Source: a virus
Length of the DNA: 61,376 nucleotides
Virus record (IMG/VR): IMGVR_UViG_3300037483_000245
Reading direction: 5' to 3' (one strand)
Numbering within the stretch: position 1 is the first letter of the stretch; each line of letters starts with the position of its first letter. A program made the position numbers and the translations under genes. Shown here one piece after another: positions 25,352 through 32,336 of the stretch. The notes below the pieces were generated by a model. It did not search any database, was not told where the DNA came from, and worked only from the letters and a program-made list of their open reading frames with translations.

Positions 25352-25483
25352 CTCGGTGGTGTAGAGATCAGTTACTTCGACTCATAATCGAGTGTCGTTG
25401 GTTCGAGTCCAACATGGGCACAATACGCCCATTAGCTCAGCTGGTTAGAGCGCTAAAATTTCTGGTTTCGCTGATTCCCCGAG
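25352..25483 (+). ncRNA. Circularly permuted tRNA-like RNA (YrlA-type Y RNA candidate)
   Basis: Anticodon-like hairpin with CUCAUAA loop, T arm GTTGG-TTCGAGT-CCAAC, closed acceptor hairpin ATGGGC/GCCCAT, D arm GCTC-AGCTGGTTA-GAGC. The whole is closed by CTCGG(T)GG/CCCCGAG. Confidence 0.5.
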
Positions 25484-25493
25484 TGTTCATTCT

Positions 25494-25564
25494 GGTGTGT
25501 GGCGCAGAGTACGGTTACTTCGCCTATTGGTAGTGTTAATTCCGTTCTCGATGATTCCCGCACC
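25494..25564 (+). ncRNA. Candidate 71-nt structured unit closed by GGTGTG/CGCACC, carrying the second copy of an 18-nt motif
   Basis: End pairing and motif GCAGAGTACGGTTACTTC read directly. No tRNA cloverleaf could be drawn. Confidence 0.25.
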
Positions 25565-25575
25565 TAACATTTACG

Positions 25576-25656
25576 AGCTGGGTAGTGTAGAAAGCGGATA
25601 CTTCTTAATTGGGTTAAGGCAACGTGCCGCTCTCGCTTGTTCTCCCAGCTTTTTTC
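25576..25656 (+). ncRNA. Candidate structured unit ending in a terminator-like stem plus U-run, carrying the third motif copy
   Basis: AGCTGGG (25576-82) pairs with CCCAGCT (25644-50), followed by TTTTTT. Inner hairpins AGCGG/CCGCT and CTTAA/TTAAG. Confidence 0.35.
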
Positions 25657-25673
25657 CTTGGAAGGAGGATCCA

Positions 25674-27071
25674 ATGGCGAAGATCAACAAGAATGCAACG
25701 TCCCCGTTCAAGTCCAAGACTGCTACGACCTACGAAGGTGCGGTCGCCGCAATCTACTCCCCTGAAAAGCAACTGAAGCGCCTCACTGCTGCCCACCTCC
25801 TGTGGGAGGACACGTTCTACGTGGACGGGCAGACGGCTGCAGAACTCGTGCAGGCGGTGGCGCATCAGGTTTCTCCGCAGGCGCTGGCTGAGACGGCCAT
25901 CGAGACGCGGGAGGTGATGAAACTCCGTCACATGCCCCTGCTTCTCGTAAGGGAGTTGTCCCGCCATCCTGCGAGAGGTCTAGCCCCTTCACTGGTGTCC
26001 AACACGCTCGCTCGTGTCATCCAGAGACCTGACGAACTCACTGAATTCCTTGCCATCTACTGGAAGGGCGGCAAGCAGCCGCTGTCGGCGCAGGTGAAGA
26101 AGGGTCTGGCCAAGGCGTTCACGAAGTTCGACGCCTACCAGTTCGCCAAGTACGACCGCGACTCGGACATCAAGCTCCGCGACGTGCTGTTCATGGTTCA
26201 CGCCAAGCCGGGAGTGAAACAGTCGGACCGGCTCTTCAACCAGATCGCCACGCGAACGTTGCCGACCCCGGATACGTGGGAGACGCGCCTGTCGTCCGGC
26301 GGGGAGAAGAAGTCGGATCTCGACAAGCGTGTCCAGTGGACAGAGATGCTGGAAGGCAACAAGCTGGGCGCTATGGCCCTTCTCCGCAACCTGCGAAACA
26401 TGCAGGAGGTGGACGTGGATCGTCACGTCATCAGGAAGGCTCTGCGCAAAGCATCCGCTGAGAAGGTGCTGCCGTACCGCTTCATCGCAGCGGCCCGTTA
26501 CGCTCCGGACTTTGAGCCTGAGCTGGAAGAGCTGATGTTCTCCAGCCTCGCCCAGTTCGACAGGCTGTCGGGCAGAACGGCGATTCTGATCGACGTGTCC
26601 GGGTCGATGGACTCACAGCTGTCAGAGAAGAGTGAGATGACCAGGAAGGATGCAGCGATTGGCCTTGCCATCATGTTGCGGGAGTTGTCGGATGATGTGG
26701 ACATCTACGTCTTTGGCGATACAGCTGCCAAGGTCGCCCCAAGGCGCGGGTTTGCGCTGAGGGATGCGATTGCCCGGTCGAATGTGGGATATTCCACGAA
26801 CGGCTGGGCAGGGCTGGGCCTTGCAAACCGTGCAGGGTATGACAGGATCCTTTGTGTGACGGATGAGCAGTGGCATTCAAGCGCCTATTGGGGAAGTTAT
26901 CGCAACGACAATGTCGCTACGGCTGCCTATCCCATCATCCGCAAGCCTGCCTACATGGTGAACGTCGCGGCGTACCAGCACGGTGTGGCGTACGGGGATC
27001 ACTGGGAAGTGATCTCGGGGTGGAGTGAGGGAGTGGTGAGGTACATTGAAGCGGTGGAGAAGGAGAGTTAG
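25674..27071 (+). CDS. rsr: Ro60 ortholog: TROVE domain plus vWA domain with MIDAS motif
   Basis: Start at the ATG after GGAAGGAGG. The N-terminal region resembles TROVE proteins (LLWEDTFYVDGQ...). vWA motif ILIDVSGSMDS. Confidence 0.75.
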   Translation: MAKINKNATSPFKSKTATTYEGAVAAIYSPEKQLKRLTAAHLLWEDTFYVDGQTAAELVQAVAHQVSPQALAETAIETREVMKLRHMPLLLVRELSRHPARGLAPSLVSNTLARVIQRPDELTEFLAIYWKGGKQPLSAQVKKGLAKAFTKFDAYQFAKYDRDSDIKLRDVLFMVHAKPGVKQSDRLFNQIATRTLPTPDTWETRLSSGGEKKSDLDKRVQWTEMLEGNKLGAMALLRNLRNMQEVDVDRHVIRKALRKASAEKVLPYRFIAAARYAPDFEPELEELMFSSLAQFDRLSGRTAILIDVSGSMDSQLSEKSEMTRKDAAIGLAIMLRELSDDVDIYVFGDTAAKVAPRRGFALRDAIARSNVGYSTNGWAGLGLANRAGYDRILCVTDEQWHSSAYWGSYRNDNVATAAYPIIRKPAYMVNVAAYQHGVAYGDHWEVISGWSEGVVRYIEAVEKES

Positions 27072-27073
27072 CA

Positions 27074-27244
27074 ATGGGATTTGGAGGACTGGGAGCGCCT
27101 GAGATTCTTCTGCTTGCATTCGTTGTCGTCTTGCTCTTCGGCGGTAAGCGGATTGCAGGAATCGGCAAGGGGATGGGGGAGGGGATTGCCAGCTTCAAAC
27201 ACGGGCTGTCGAACCCTTTGACCAAAGACAACAACAAGGAGTAG
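27074..27244 (+). CDS. tatA: TatA/E-family twin-arginine translocase subunit (56 aa)
   Basis: Hand translation MGFGGLGAPEILLLAFVVVLLFGGKRIAGIGKGMGEGIASFKHGLS matches the TatA pattern (TM helix, LLFG-x-K, amphipathic helix with FK). Confidence 0.7.
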   Translation: MGFGGLGAPEILLLAFVVVLLFGGKRIAGIGKGMGEGIASFKHGLSNPLTKDNNKE

Positions 27245-27247
27245 TGC

Positions 27248-27469
27248 ATGCTGTCAAGGCGAGGCTTCCTCAAATTCACCGGCCTTGTCGCCAGTGGCTT
27301 GGTAGTAGGGATCAATCCGTTCAAGAGTCAGCCGACAGTGTTCGACACATCAAGAAGGTTCAAGATGAGTAAGGACACTGGCCTGCTTGAGGGCTTTCCC
27401 ATCGGCATTCTTCAGACTAGCGGATTCTGGAAACACAGCATACTGCTGAGCAACACCGATCAGGTATAA
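27248..27469 (+). CDS. small protein with a twin-arginine signal peptide (73 aa)
   Basis: MLSRRGFLKFTGLVASGLVVG matches the S-R-R-x-F-L-K consensus plus an h-region. Confidence 0.55.
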   Translation: MLSRRGFLKFTGLVASGLVVGINPFKSQPTVFDTSRRFKMSKDTGLLEGFPIGILQTSGFWKHSILLSNTDQV

Positions 27470-27488
27470 TAGTCCCGGGGGTTATTTT

Positions 27489-27662
27489 ATGAAGAAGAAA
27501 TGGTACAAGTCCAAAACCGTCTGGCTCAACGTGATTACTGCGATTGGCGTGTTCACGCTCAACCAGTTCGGCTACGAGATCACTGAGTATCAGACGACGC
27601 TCCTTCTCTCGCTGATCAACCTGCTTCTGCGGTCGATCACCAAGGAAGGACTGACGTCGTAG
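27489..27662 (+). CDS. 57-aa small membrane protein (holin-like size and topology)
   Basis: Hand translation MKKKWYKSKTVWLNVITAIGVFTLNQFGYEITEYQTTLLLSLINLLLRSI. Confidence 0.45.
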   Translation: MKKKWYKSKTVWLNVITAIGVFTLNQFGYEITEYQTTLLLSLINLLLRSITKEGLTS

Positions 27663-27753
27663 AGTTTGGTGGTGATAAGAGGCTACGACCTCTTCTGACC
27701 AGCCTGATCACCTGGGGCATACGGCACTAACCCTCAGATAGCCACCAATTTAC

Positions 27754-27827
27754 AGCCCTGTGGGGTAACGGCAGCCTGTGTGGCTCTGGACCACACGATC
27801 TTGGTTCAAATCCAGGCGGGGCTTCCA
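27754..27827 (+). tRNA. tRNA-Gln (anticodon CTG), CCA encoded
   Basis: Manual cloverleaf: acceptor AGCCCTG/CGGGGCT, anticodon arm TGTGG-CTCTGGA-CCACA, T arm CTTGG-TTCAAAT-CCAGG, then T-CCA. Confidence 0.75.
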
Positions 27828-27851
27828 AATTCAGGTTCTGAGTAGTCTCGT

Positions 27852-27924
27852 GTTGGTGCTAGTTTAACCGGTAGAATAGCTGACTGTGACTCAGCAGGAC
27901 AGGGTTCGAGTCCCGGCGCCAACC
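27852..27924 (+). tRNA. tRNA-His (anticodon GTG)
   Basis: Acceptor GTTGGTG/CGCCAAC, anticodon arm GCTGA-CTGTGAC-TCAGC, T loop TTCGAGT. Exact ends are uncertain by 1 nt. Confidence 0.7.
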
Positions 27925-27942
27925 CAAACATTCGGAGGAGTG

Positions 27943-28164
27943 ATGCTTGAGATCCCAGAAGACGGCGTGATCAGTTGCCCGGCATGCAGCGGGGAGATGT
28001 TACTCGTCGAGTACCACGGCATGCATGAGGACCACTATGACGGCTGGTCTGAGGTCATGTGCCCAAAGGATTTGCACGGCTGTGGTATGCGCATCGGCCG
28101 CTGGTCTGAGAAGGTGTTGCAGTCAGGTGAGTCAGAGCCGCGGTGGGGAGTTCGTCATGCCTGA
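27943..28164 (+). CDS. zinc-ribbon-like small protein (73 aa)
   Basis: ATG after GGAGGAG. The listed 27886 start lies inside the tRNA-His gene. CPACSG...CPKDLHGC. Confidence 0.55.
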   Translation: MLEIPEDGVISCPACSGEMLLVEYHGMHEDHYDGWSEVMCPKDLHGCGMRIGRWSEKVLQSGESEPRWGVRHA

Positions 28165-28417
28165 TGTCACTTCAGAGCATCTCAGCTGGTTGCTTCTGAC
28201 CTCCATGCGCTACGCCATTGGCAGGCGGACGTATGCACCGTCCTACACGGCGGAGATCATCAGGAAGCACTGGGGAGACATTAGCGCCGAGAGTAGGGCG
28301 CTGTTGCTAAGAGATCTTGATGGTGAGATTAAGGCGCGTGGGAGCTACCTTGGAGACCCTTGCGATGTAGCAACGTGGACAGCGTTGTATCAGTGGATGC
28401 TACAGAATTTGTCGTAG
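28157..28417 (+). CDS. hypothetical protein (86 aa) with SMRYAIGRRTY motif
   Basis: ATG after GGGGAG, inside ORF 28025..28417. Confidence 0.55.
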   Translation: MPDVTSEHLSWLLLTSMRYAIGRRTYAPSYTAEIIRKHWGDISAESRALLLRDLDGEIKARGSYLGDPCDVATWTALYQWMLQNLS

Positions 28418-28422
28418 TCTAT

Positions 28423-28510
28423 CTGCCCGTAGCCCAGTGGTAGGGTGCCTGTTTTGGGAATTCTCTTTCGCTCAAAGAGCGGCTCGACTAGAATCCATCC
28501 GGGCAGACCA
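28423..28510 (+). ncRNA. 88-nt tRNA-like element: 7-bp acceptor stem, U8-A9, canonical D arm and A-CCA 3' end, but no recognisable anticodon or T arm
   Basis: CTGCCCG/CGGGCAG, TA, GCCC-AGTGGTA-GGGT, internal hairpin CTCTTT-CGCTC-AAAGAG, ends ...CGGGCAG-A-CCA. Confidence 0.35.
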
Positions 28511-28513
28511 ATC

Positions 28514-28587
28514 GCCGCTGAATGCAAAGGGTGAGCACCGAGGCCTTCAACCTCGTGTACAGGGTTCGAGTCCCTGCAGCGGCACCA
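28514..28587 (+). tRNA. tRNA, probably Glu (TTC), with a non-canonical anticodon loop CCTTCAA. CCA encoded
   Basis: Acceptor GCCGCTG/CAGCGGC, anticodon stem CGAGG/CCTCG, T arm CAGGG-TTCGAGT-CCCTG, then A-CCA. Confidence 0.65.
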
Positions 28588-28589
28588 AG

Positions 28590-28621
28590 TTATACGCACT
28601 TTCGTGTAGAACTGCGTATAA
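28590..28621. terminator. Hairpin at the convergence point of the two arms (TTATACGC / GCGTATAA, 16-nt loop)
   Basis: 8-bp perfect stem. No clear U-run on either side. Confidence 0.3.
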
Positions 28622-28638
28622 CCCGGGCACCGGATACC

Positions 28639-28692
28639 TTACCGGCCTCCGCCTTTGGGGCCAGTCTTCCGCTTGATGACTTTTCTAGGCAT
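28639..28692 (-). CDS. possible 17-aa Lys/Gly-rich peptide (MPRKVIKRKTGPKGGGR)
   Basis: Strong SD AAAGGAGGTGAATGGT before the ATG. Very short. Confidence 0.3.
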   Translation of the reverse strand: MPRKVIKRKTGPKGGGR

Positions 28693-28707
28693 ACCATTCA
28701 CCTCCTT

Positions 28708-29238
28708 TCAGATTTTCCTTGCTGCCCTGTCCAACCAGCCATAGATGAAATCCAGCTTCTGCAGATTCCCCATCGCCTGCCTGGCGTATCTCTCAGCCTG
28801 ACAAGCCGACGCCGCCCGCAGCCACCAGTACTCACTGCAGAAGTCCGGCGGCTGCGACCTGCCATCAGCGAGCATGTTGAGAGCATGCACCGTGTTGTTG
28901 CCGAACCATCCATCCACGTCCACCCAGCCGGTCTTGAGAACGTTCAGAGCCTGTTGAGCGATCCTGACGCCGTTGTTGGGACCGAAGTGGACACAGAGGT
29001 CCAGCGTCTTCGTAGCAATTGGCTGACTGACCTCGCCGAACCTGGGGTGCCAGAACTCGCCCTTGTAGATCTTGAGTGCATCGTCTCTCGTGACGTCTCT
29101 GGCACTGTCAAACCCATGGCGCTTGGCAAGAGCGTTCGTGATGCCGTAGTTGGTCTTCCCGCCGGGGTCGCTGGGGTGGTTGGAGTAGCCGCCTTCGTTC
29201 TCCAGCACCCATTCGATTGCTGCCTTGAATTCTGACAT
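28708..29238 (-). CDS. Endolysin, glycoside hydrolase family 108 with PG_binding_3-like C-terminus
   Basis: N-terminal VLENEGGYSNHPSDPGGKTNYGIT is the GH108 signature. Confidence 0.85.
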   Translation of the reverse strand: MSEFKAAIEWVLENEGGYSNHPSDPGGKTNYGITNALAKRHGFDSARDVTRDDALKIYKGEFWHPRFGEVSQPIATKTLDLCVHFGPNNGVRIAQQALNVLKTGWVDVDGWFGNNTVHALNMLADGRSQPPDFCSEYWWLRAASACQAERYARQAMGNLQKLDFIYGWLDRAARKI

Positions 29239-29246
29239 ACCCTCTC

Positions 29247-32200
29247 CTACTTGAGTCTCAGTAAAACTGCTCTGGTCTGCTGTGGATCGAGGATCTTGGA
29301 CTCCATCCCGCCCTTAGGCAGTACCTGCAACTCCAGCCCGTCCATCGTAAGCGCTGCACCGATCACCCGGTCTCCGTTGGGTAGTGTCATGCCGTTCTTG
29401 AGCGAGGCAGGGGTGCCAGGTCGCCCTTTGGCTTTCTGCTCTGTATTGTACTTCTTCACAGTGCGCTGGAACAACTCGTCGCCAGAAGTGGCGGGGGTGT
29501 CTGCGGCCTTCTCTGCAGGCGGTTTCTTTGCGGCAGGCTTCTCTGTCAACTTGGGAGGAGCTTCCGCTTCCTTCGCCTTGAGCCGCGGCGGAGGTGTCAC
29601 TTTGGCTTCCTTTGCAGAGGCCTTAGGAGGAGCTTCCACCTTCTTAGGGGTAACGGTGGCCGGTGCTTCCGCTTTGGGCGCTGGAGGGGCTTCTGGAGCC
29701 ACTGCTGCAGCCTTTGGAGGCGGTGCTGCCTTCTTCCCTTTACCCTTCTTCTTGGACACCTTGGGCACTTCTGGCGCAGGGTTCAGTTTTGGCGGAGGAG
29801 TCACTTTGGGAGCCTGCATTACGCCTCCACTTCTTCTGTCCGCGGCTCTCTTTCTAGTAGGGGTGGCGGCGCTACGAGCCTCGACGACCTCTCGTGGGAC
29901 TTCGACTGTTGGGTCGTTGATGTCTACGTAGCGAATGTCTTCGTACTTGGGCGTCTTTTGCCCCCGCTGAACGGTGACGCCACCAACTTGAGCATCTTCC
30001 ACAGGAAGGACCTCTACAACACCAAGGTCGTCATAAGTGCGTCCGAAAGATCCAATACGGCCGTCTGGGAACTCCACTGTCCCTGCACGCTTACCGCCTG
30101 CCAAAGGGGCATCTGCCAGCTTTGGAGGGGGTACACGAATACCCCCTGCTTGTGGAGGGGGGGCGGTGCCTTCGACCGGTGCAGCGGCGCTACTTGCAGT
30201 AGGTGGAGGCGTAGCACCTCCTGCTGCGGCCCTGGCAGCGGCCCCTGTTGCCCCGGCTCCGGAAGGAAGCATTGAAGGCTCTATCCATTTGAGATCGTCC
30301 GGGGCCAATTGCCGCAGAAGGTTGGCAAGCCTCAACTGAGTTGCTGAGCCTCCTGCAATCTTCTTTGCCATTCCAAGCATGGTCGTACCAGCGAGGTGCT
30401 TACCTATTTTCGTTGGGTCAGCACTTCCTGGCGTAATTGATGACTGACTGAGGAGCGTAGACTTTTTACCTTCCAGATACTGCGGTTTCAGTCCTTCCAA
30501 TGCCCCCTGAACATCGGACATTTTATGGTTGAGATTCACCAACTCTGGATCAGTGACCTGATCGTCGAATGTTTTGCGAAGAGCTGTGCGGGCAGTTTTG
30601 AGGTTCTCCTCTAATGCTGCTGTTGTCTTGTTGGGGGTCTTGTTGAATGCACTCTTGTTGATCTCTTTGATCTGCTTGTCGATCTTCCTGATCAGCTCAT
30701 TTAACTCCACAGTAGACAGGTCGGTCCCAGTCGAACTGGCCTTGTCGATGTCATCCAAAACGCTCTGCAGACTGCTCTGGACTTTGCGCCGCATCCCTTT
30801 GGTGACACCGCCCGCTTTTCCAAGTGCGGAGTCTTGTGAGATTGGGCCTTTGATAGCTTTCTCTACAGTTTGCCGCAACTCAGAGATCGCAAACCTTGTA
30901 GTATCTGCTGCGGCCCTGCTCTGGAAAATGTCGTTCAGTTCGCCCAAACGCATGTTCAGGCCGTTGATGATCCCTTCCAGGTTCTGCCCGGCAATAACAC
31001 CCCTACCAACATCCAGCACGTTTACACCCATGCGGGGTGGCCCCACTGCTTCGCCTGGGCGCACTTCCATTGTCCGGGCCAGATGCTCGTCCGGTACATT
31101 CCCAAAAGCGCCTTGGGCCAAGCTACCGGCGTACTCATGGCCAAGGAATTTTCTTACTGGCCTTGTTGCCTTGACTGCACCTTTTGCGGCAGCACCCGGA
31201 GCCATCGCCAGCCCGCCAGAGGCGAGCACTCCAGCAGTGACCTGCGAGGGATCTTCAGCCTCACTGACGCTCTGTGAGATGAACGGCGCAGAATACGCCA
31301 AGGGCTGTACGTAGCCGCTTTGGAGAGCCTTACCTACAGCACTTGAAGCTGGGCGCTCCATGGCGCGTCCTACAGCCTTTGTCGCCGCGGTGACAGGCCG
31401 AGTTACCGTTCTACCAACGTTACCGGCAGCCTCTTCTGCGGTAGCCGCCATTCGTGAAAACAGAGGTTTGGAAGCCAGCCTGGATGCGCGGGCCGCTGTG
31501 GTTGAGGCTCTTGAGGTTGTACCAACGGCCCCAGCGGCCCCACCGGTGGCAAGACTGAGAAGTGCCTCCACGGCCGGAAGTGCTACATTAGTGTAACGCA
31601 GCCCAGCAGACAGGTAGTCACCTTCTTCACGAGACTTGCCAGCCTCTTTCCACTCCTCCTTCATCGGGTCGATCAGCATACCCTTGGCGGCGCTCCTACC
31701 GGTCTGGAGGATGTCTTTCCCACCTTCCAGCAGCCCGGATAGACCCTTATGTTTCTGGAAATCAGTGGACTCGATCCCTAGCTGCGGAGCGTTTGCACGA
31801 GACACAGAAAGTTCTCGTACAGCCTCTTCGTCACCCTGCTCAGCGAGCGCCTTGACCTCGGCATATCTGCGAGTCGCAGCACTCTTAAGCGTCTCCCCTT
31901 CCTGAACTTCAAGAGGAGGAAGAGCGAGCATCTGGCGCAGGGCACTGTTACGTGCGGCGCTGGTCTCTTCGTCACTGCCCCGCATACCAAGAAGGGTGCC
32001 AATACCCTTTCCCCACTCCGAAAAGGACTGCCCAATATCTTCCGAGGAACCGAACGTGGCAGCCAGTTTTGATGGAGGAGCTGCCGGGACGATCTGTTGC
32101 GCCCCCGTCTCTGGATCGGTCGCAACGGTCTGGCTGCCAATATCTCTTTCCACTCGCTGCCGTGCAGCCTCCCTGACAGGGTTGTTTGGGTCTGGCAGTG

Positions 32201-32336
32201 GCAGAGTCCCAAACTCGCTCTCGTACTGAGCGTGCAACTGCTCAATCTGGGGCCATACATCCTTGAACTGCTCTCTGTGCTGCCCTGCCGACCGGAAGAG
32301 GACACGGAGGAATTCAGGATTCAGTTGCTTTGCCAT
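29247..32336 (-). CDS. very large virion-internal/ejection-type protein (1029 aa) with Pro/Lys/Ala-rich C-terminal region
   Basis: ORF track. Sits next to the SLT protein. Low-complexity APPK repeats. Function inferred from context only. Confidence 0.6.
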   Translation of the reverse strand: MAKQLNPEFLRVLFRSAGQHREQFKDVWPQIEQLHAQYESEFGTLPLPDPNNPVREAARQRVERDIGSQTVATDPETGAQQIVPAAPPSKLAATFGSSEDIGQSFSEWGKGIGTLLGMRGSDEETSAARNSALRQMLALPPLEVQEGETLKSAATRRYAEVKALAEQGDEEAVRELSVSRANAPQLGIESTDFQKHKGLSGLLEGGKDILQTGRSAAKGMLIDPMKEEWKEAGKSREEGDYLSAGLRYTNVALPAVEALLSLATGGAAGAVGTTSRASTTAARASRLASKPLFSRMAATAEEAAGNVGRTVTRPVTAATKAVGRAMERPASSAVGKALQSGYVQPLAYSAPFISQSVSEAEDPSQVTAGVLASGGLAMAPGAAAKGAVKATRPVRKFLGHEYAGSLAQGAFGNVPDEHLARTMEVRPGEAVGPPRMGVNVLDVGRGVIAGQNLEGIINGLNMRLGELNDIFQSRAAADTTRFAISELRQTVEKAIKGPISQDSALGKAGGVTKGMRRKVQSSLQSVLDDIDKASSTGTDLSTVELNELIRKIDKQIKEINKSAFNKTPNKTTAALEENLKTARTALRKTFDDQVTDPELVNLNHKMSDVQGALEGLKPQYLEGKKSTLLSQSSITPGSADPTKIGKHLAGTTMLGMAKKIAGGSATQLRLANLLRQLAPDDLKWIEPSMLPSGAGATGAAARAAAGGATPPPTASSAAAPVEGTAPPPQAGGIRVPPPKLADAPLAGGKRAGTVEFPDGRIGSFGRTYDDLGVVEVLPVEDAQVGGVTVQRGQKTPKYEDIRYVDINDPTVEVPREVVEARSAATPTRKRAADRRSGGVMQAPKVTPPPKLNPAPEVPKVSKKKGKGKKAAPPPKAAAVAPEAPPAPKAEAPATVTPKKVEAPPKASAKEAKVTPPPRLKAKEAEAPPKLTEKPAAKKPPAEKAADTPATSGDELFQRTVKKYNTEQKAKGRPGTPASLKNGMTLPNGDRVIGAALTMDGLELQVLPKGGMESKILDPQQTRAVLLRLK

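Noticed and set aside
25376-25420. An ordinary tRNA-Met(CAT) gene
   Set aside because: Anticodon arm, T arm and 3' acceptor strand are present, but no complementary 5' acceptor strand or D arm lies upstream. The partner strand and D arm lie downstream, so I treated it as a permuted tRNA-like RNA.
25117-25673. ORF 25117..25341 and the 59-codon N-terminal extension of ORF 25497..27071
   Set aside because: No SD. They run through the terminator, the promoter and strongly structured RNA. A perfect GGAAGGAGG SD precedes the internal ATG at 25674.
27886-27942. The listed start of ORF 27886..28164
   Set aside because: It lies inside the tRNA-His gene. The ATG at 27943 follows GGAGGAG.
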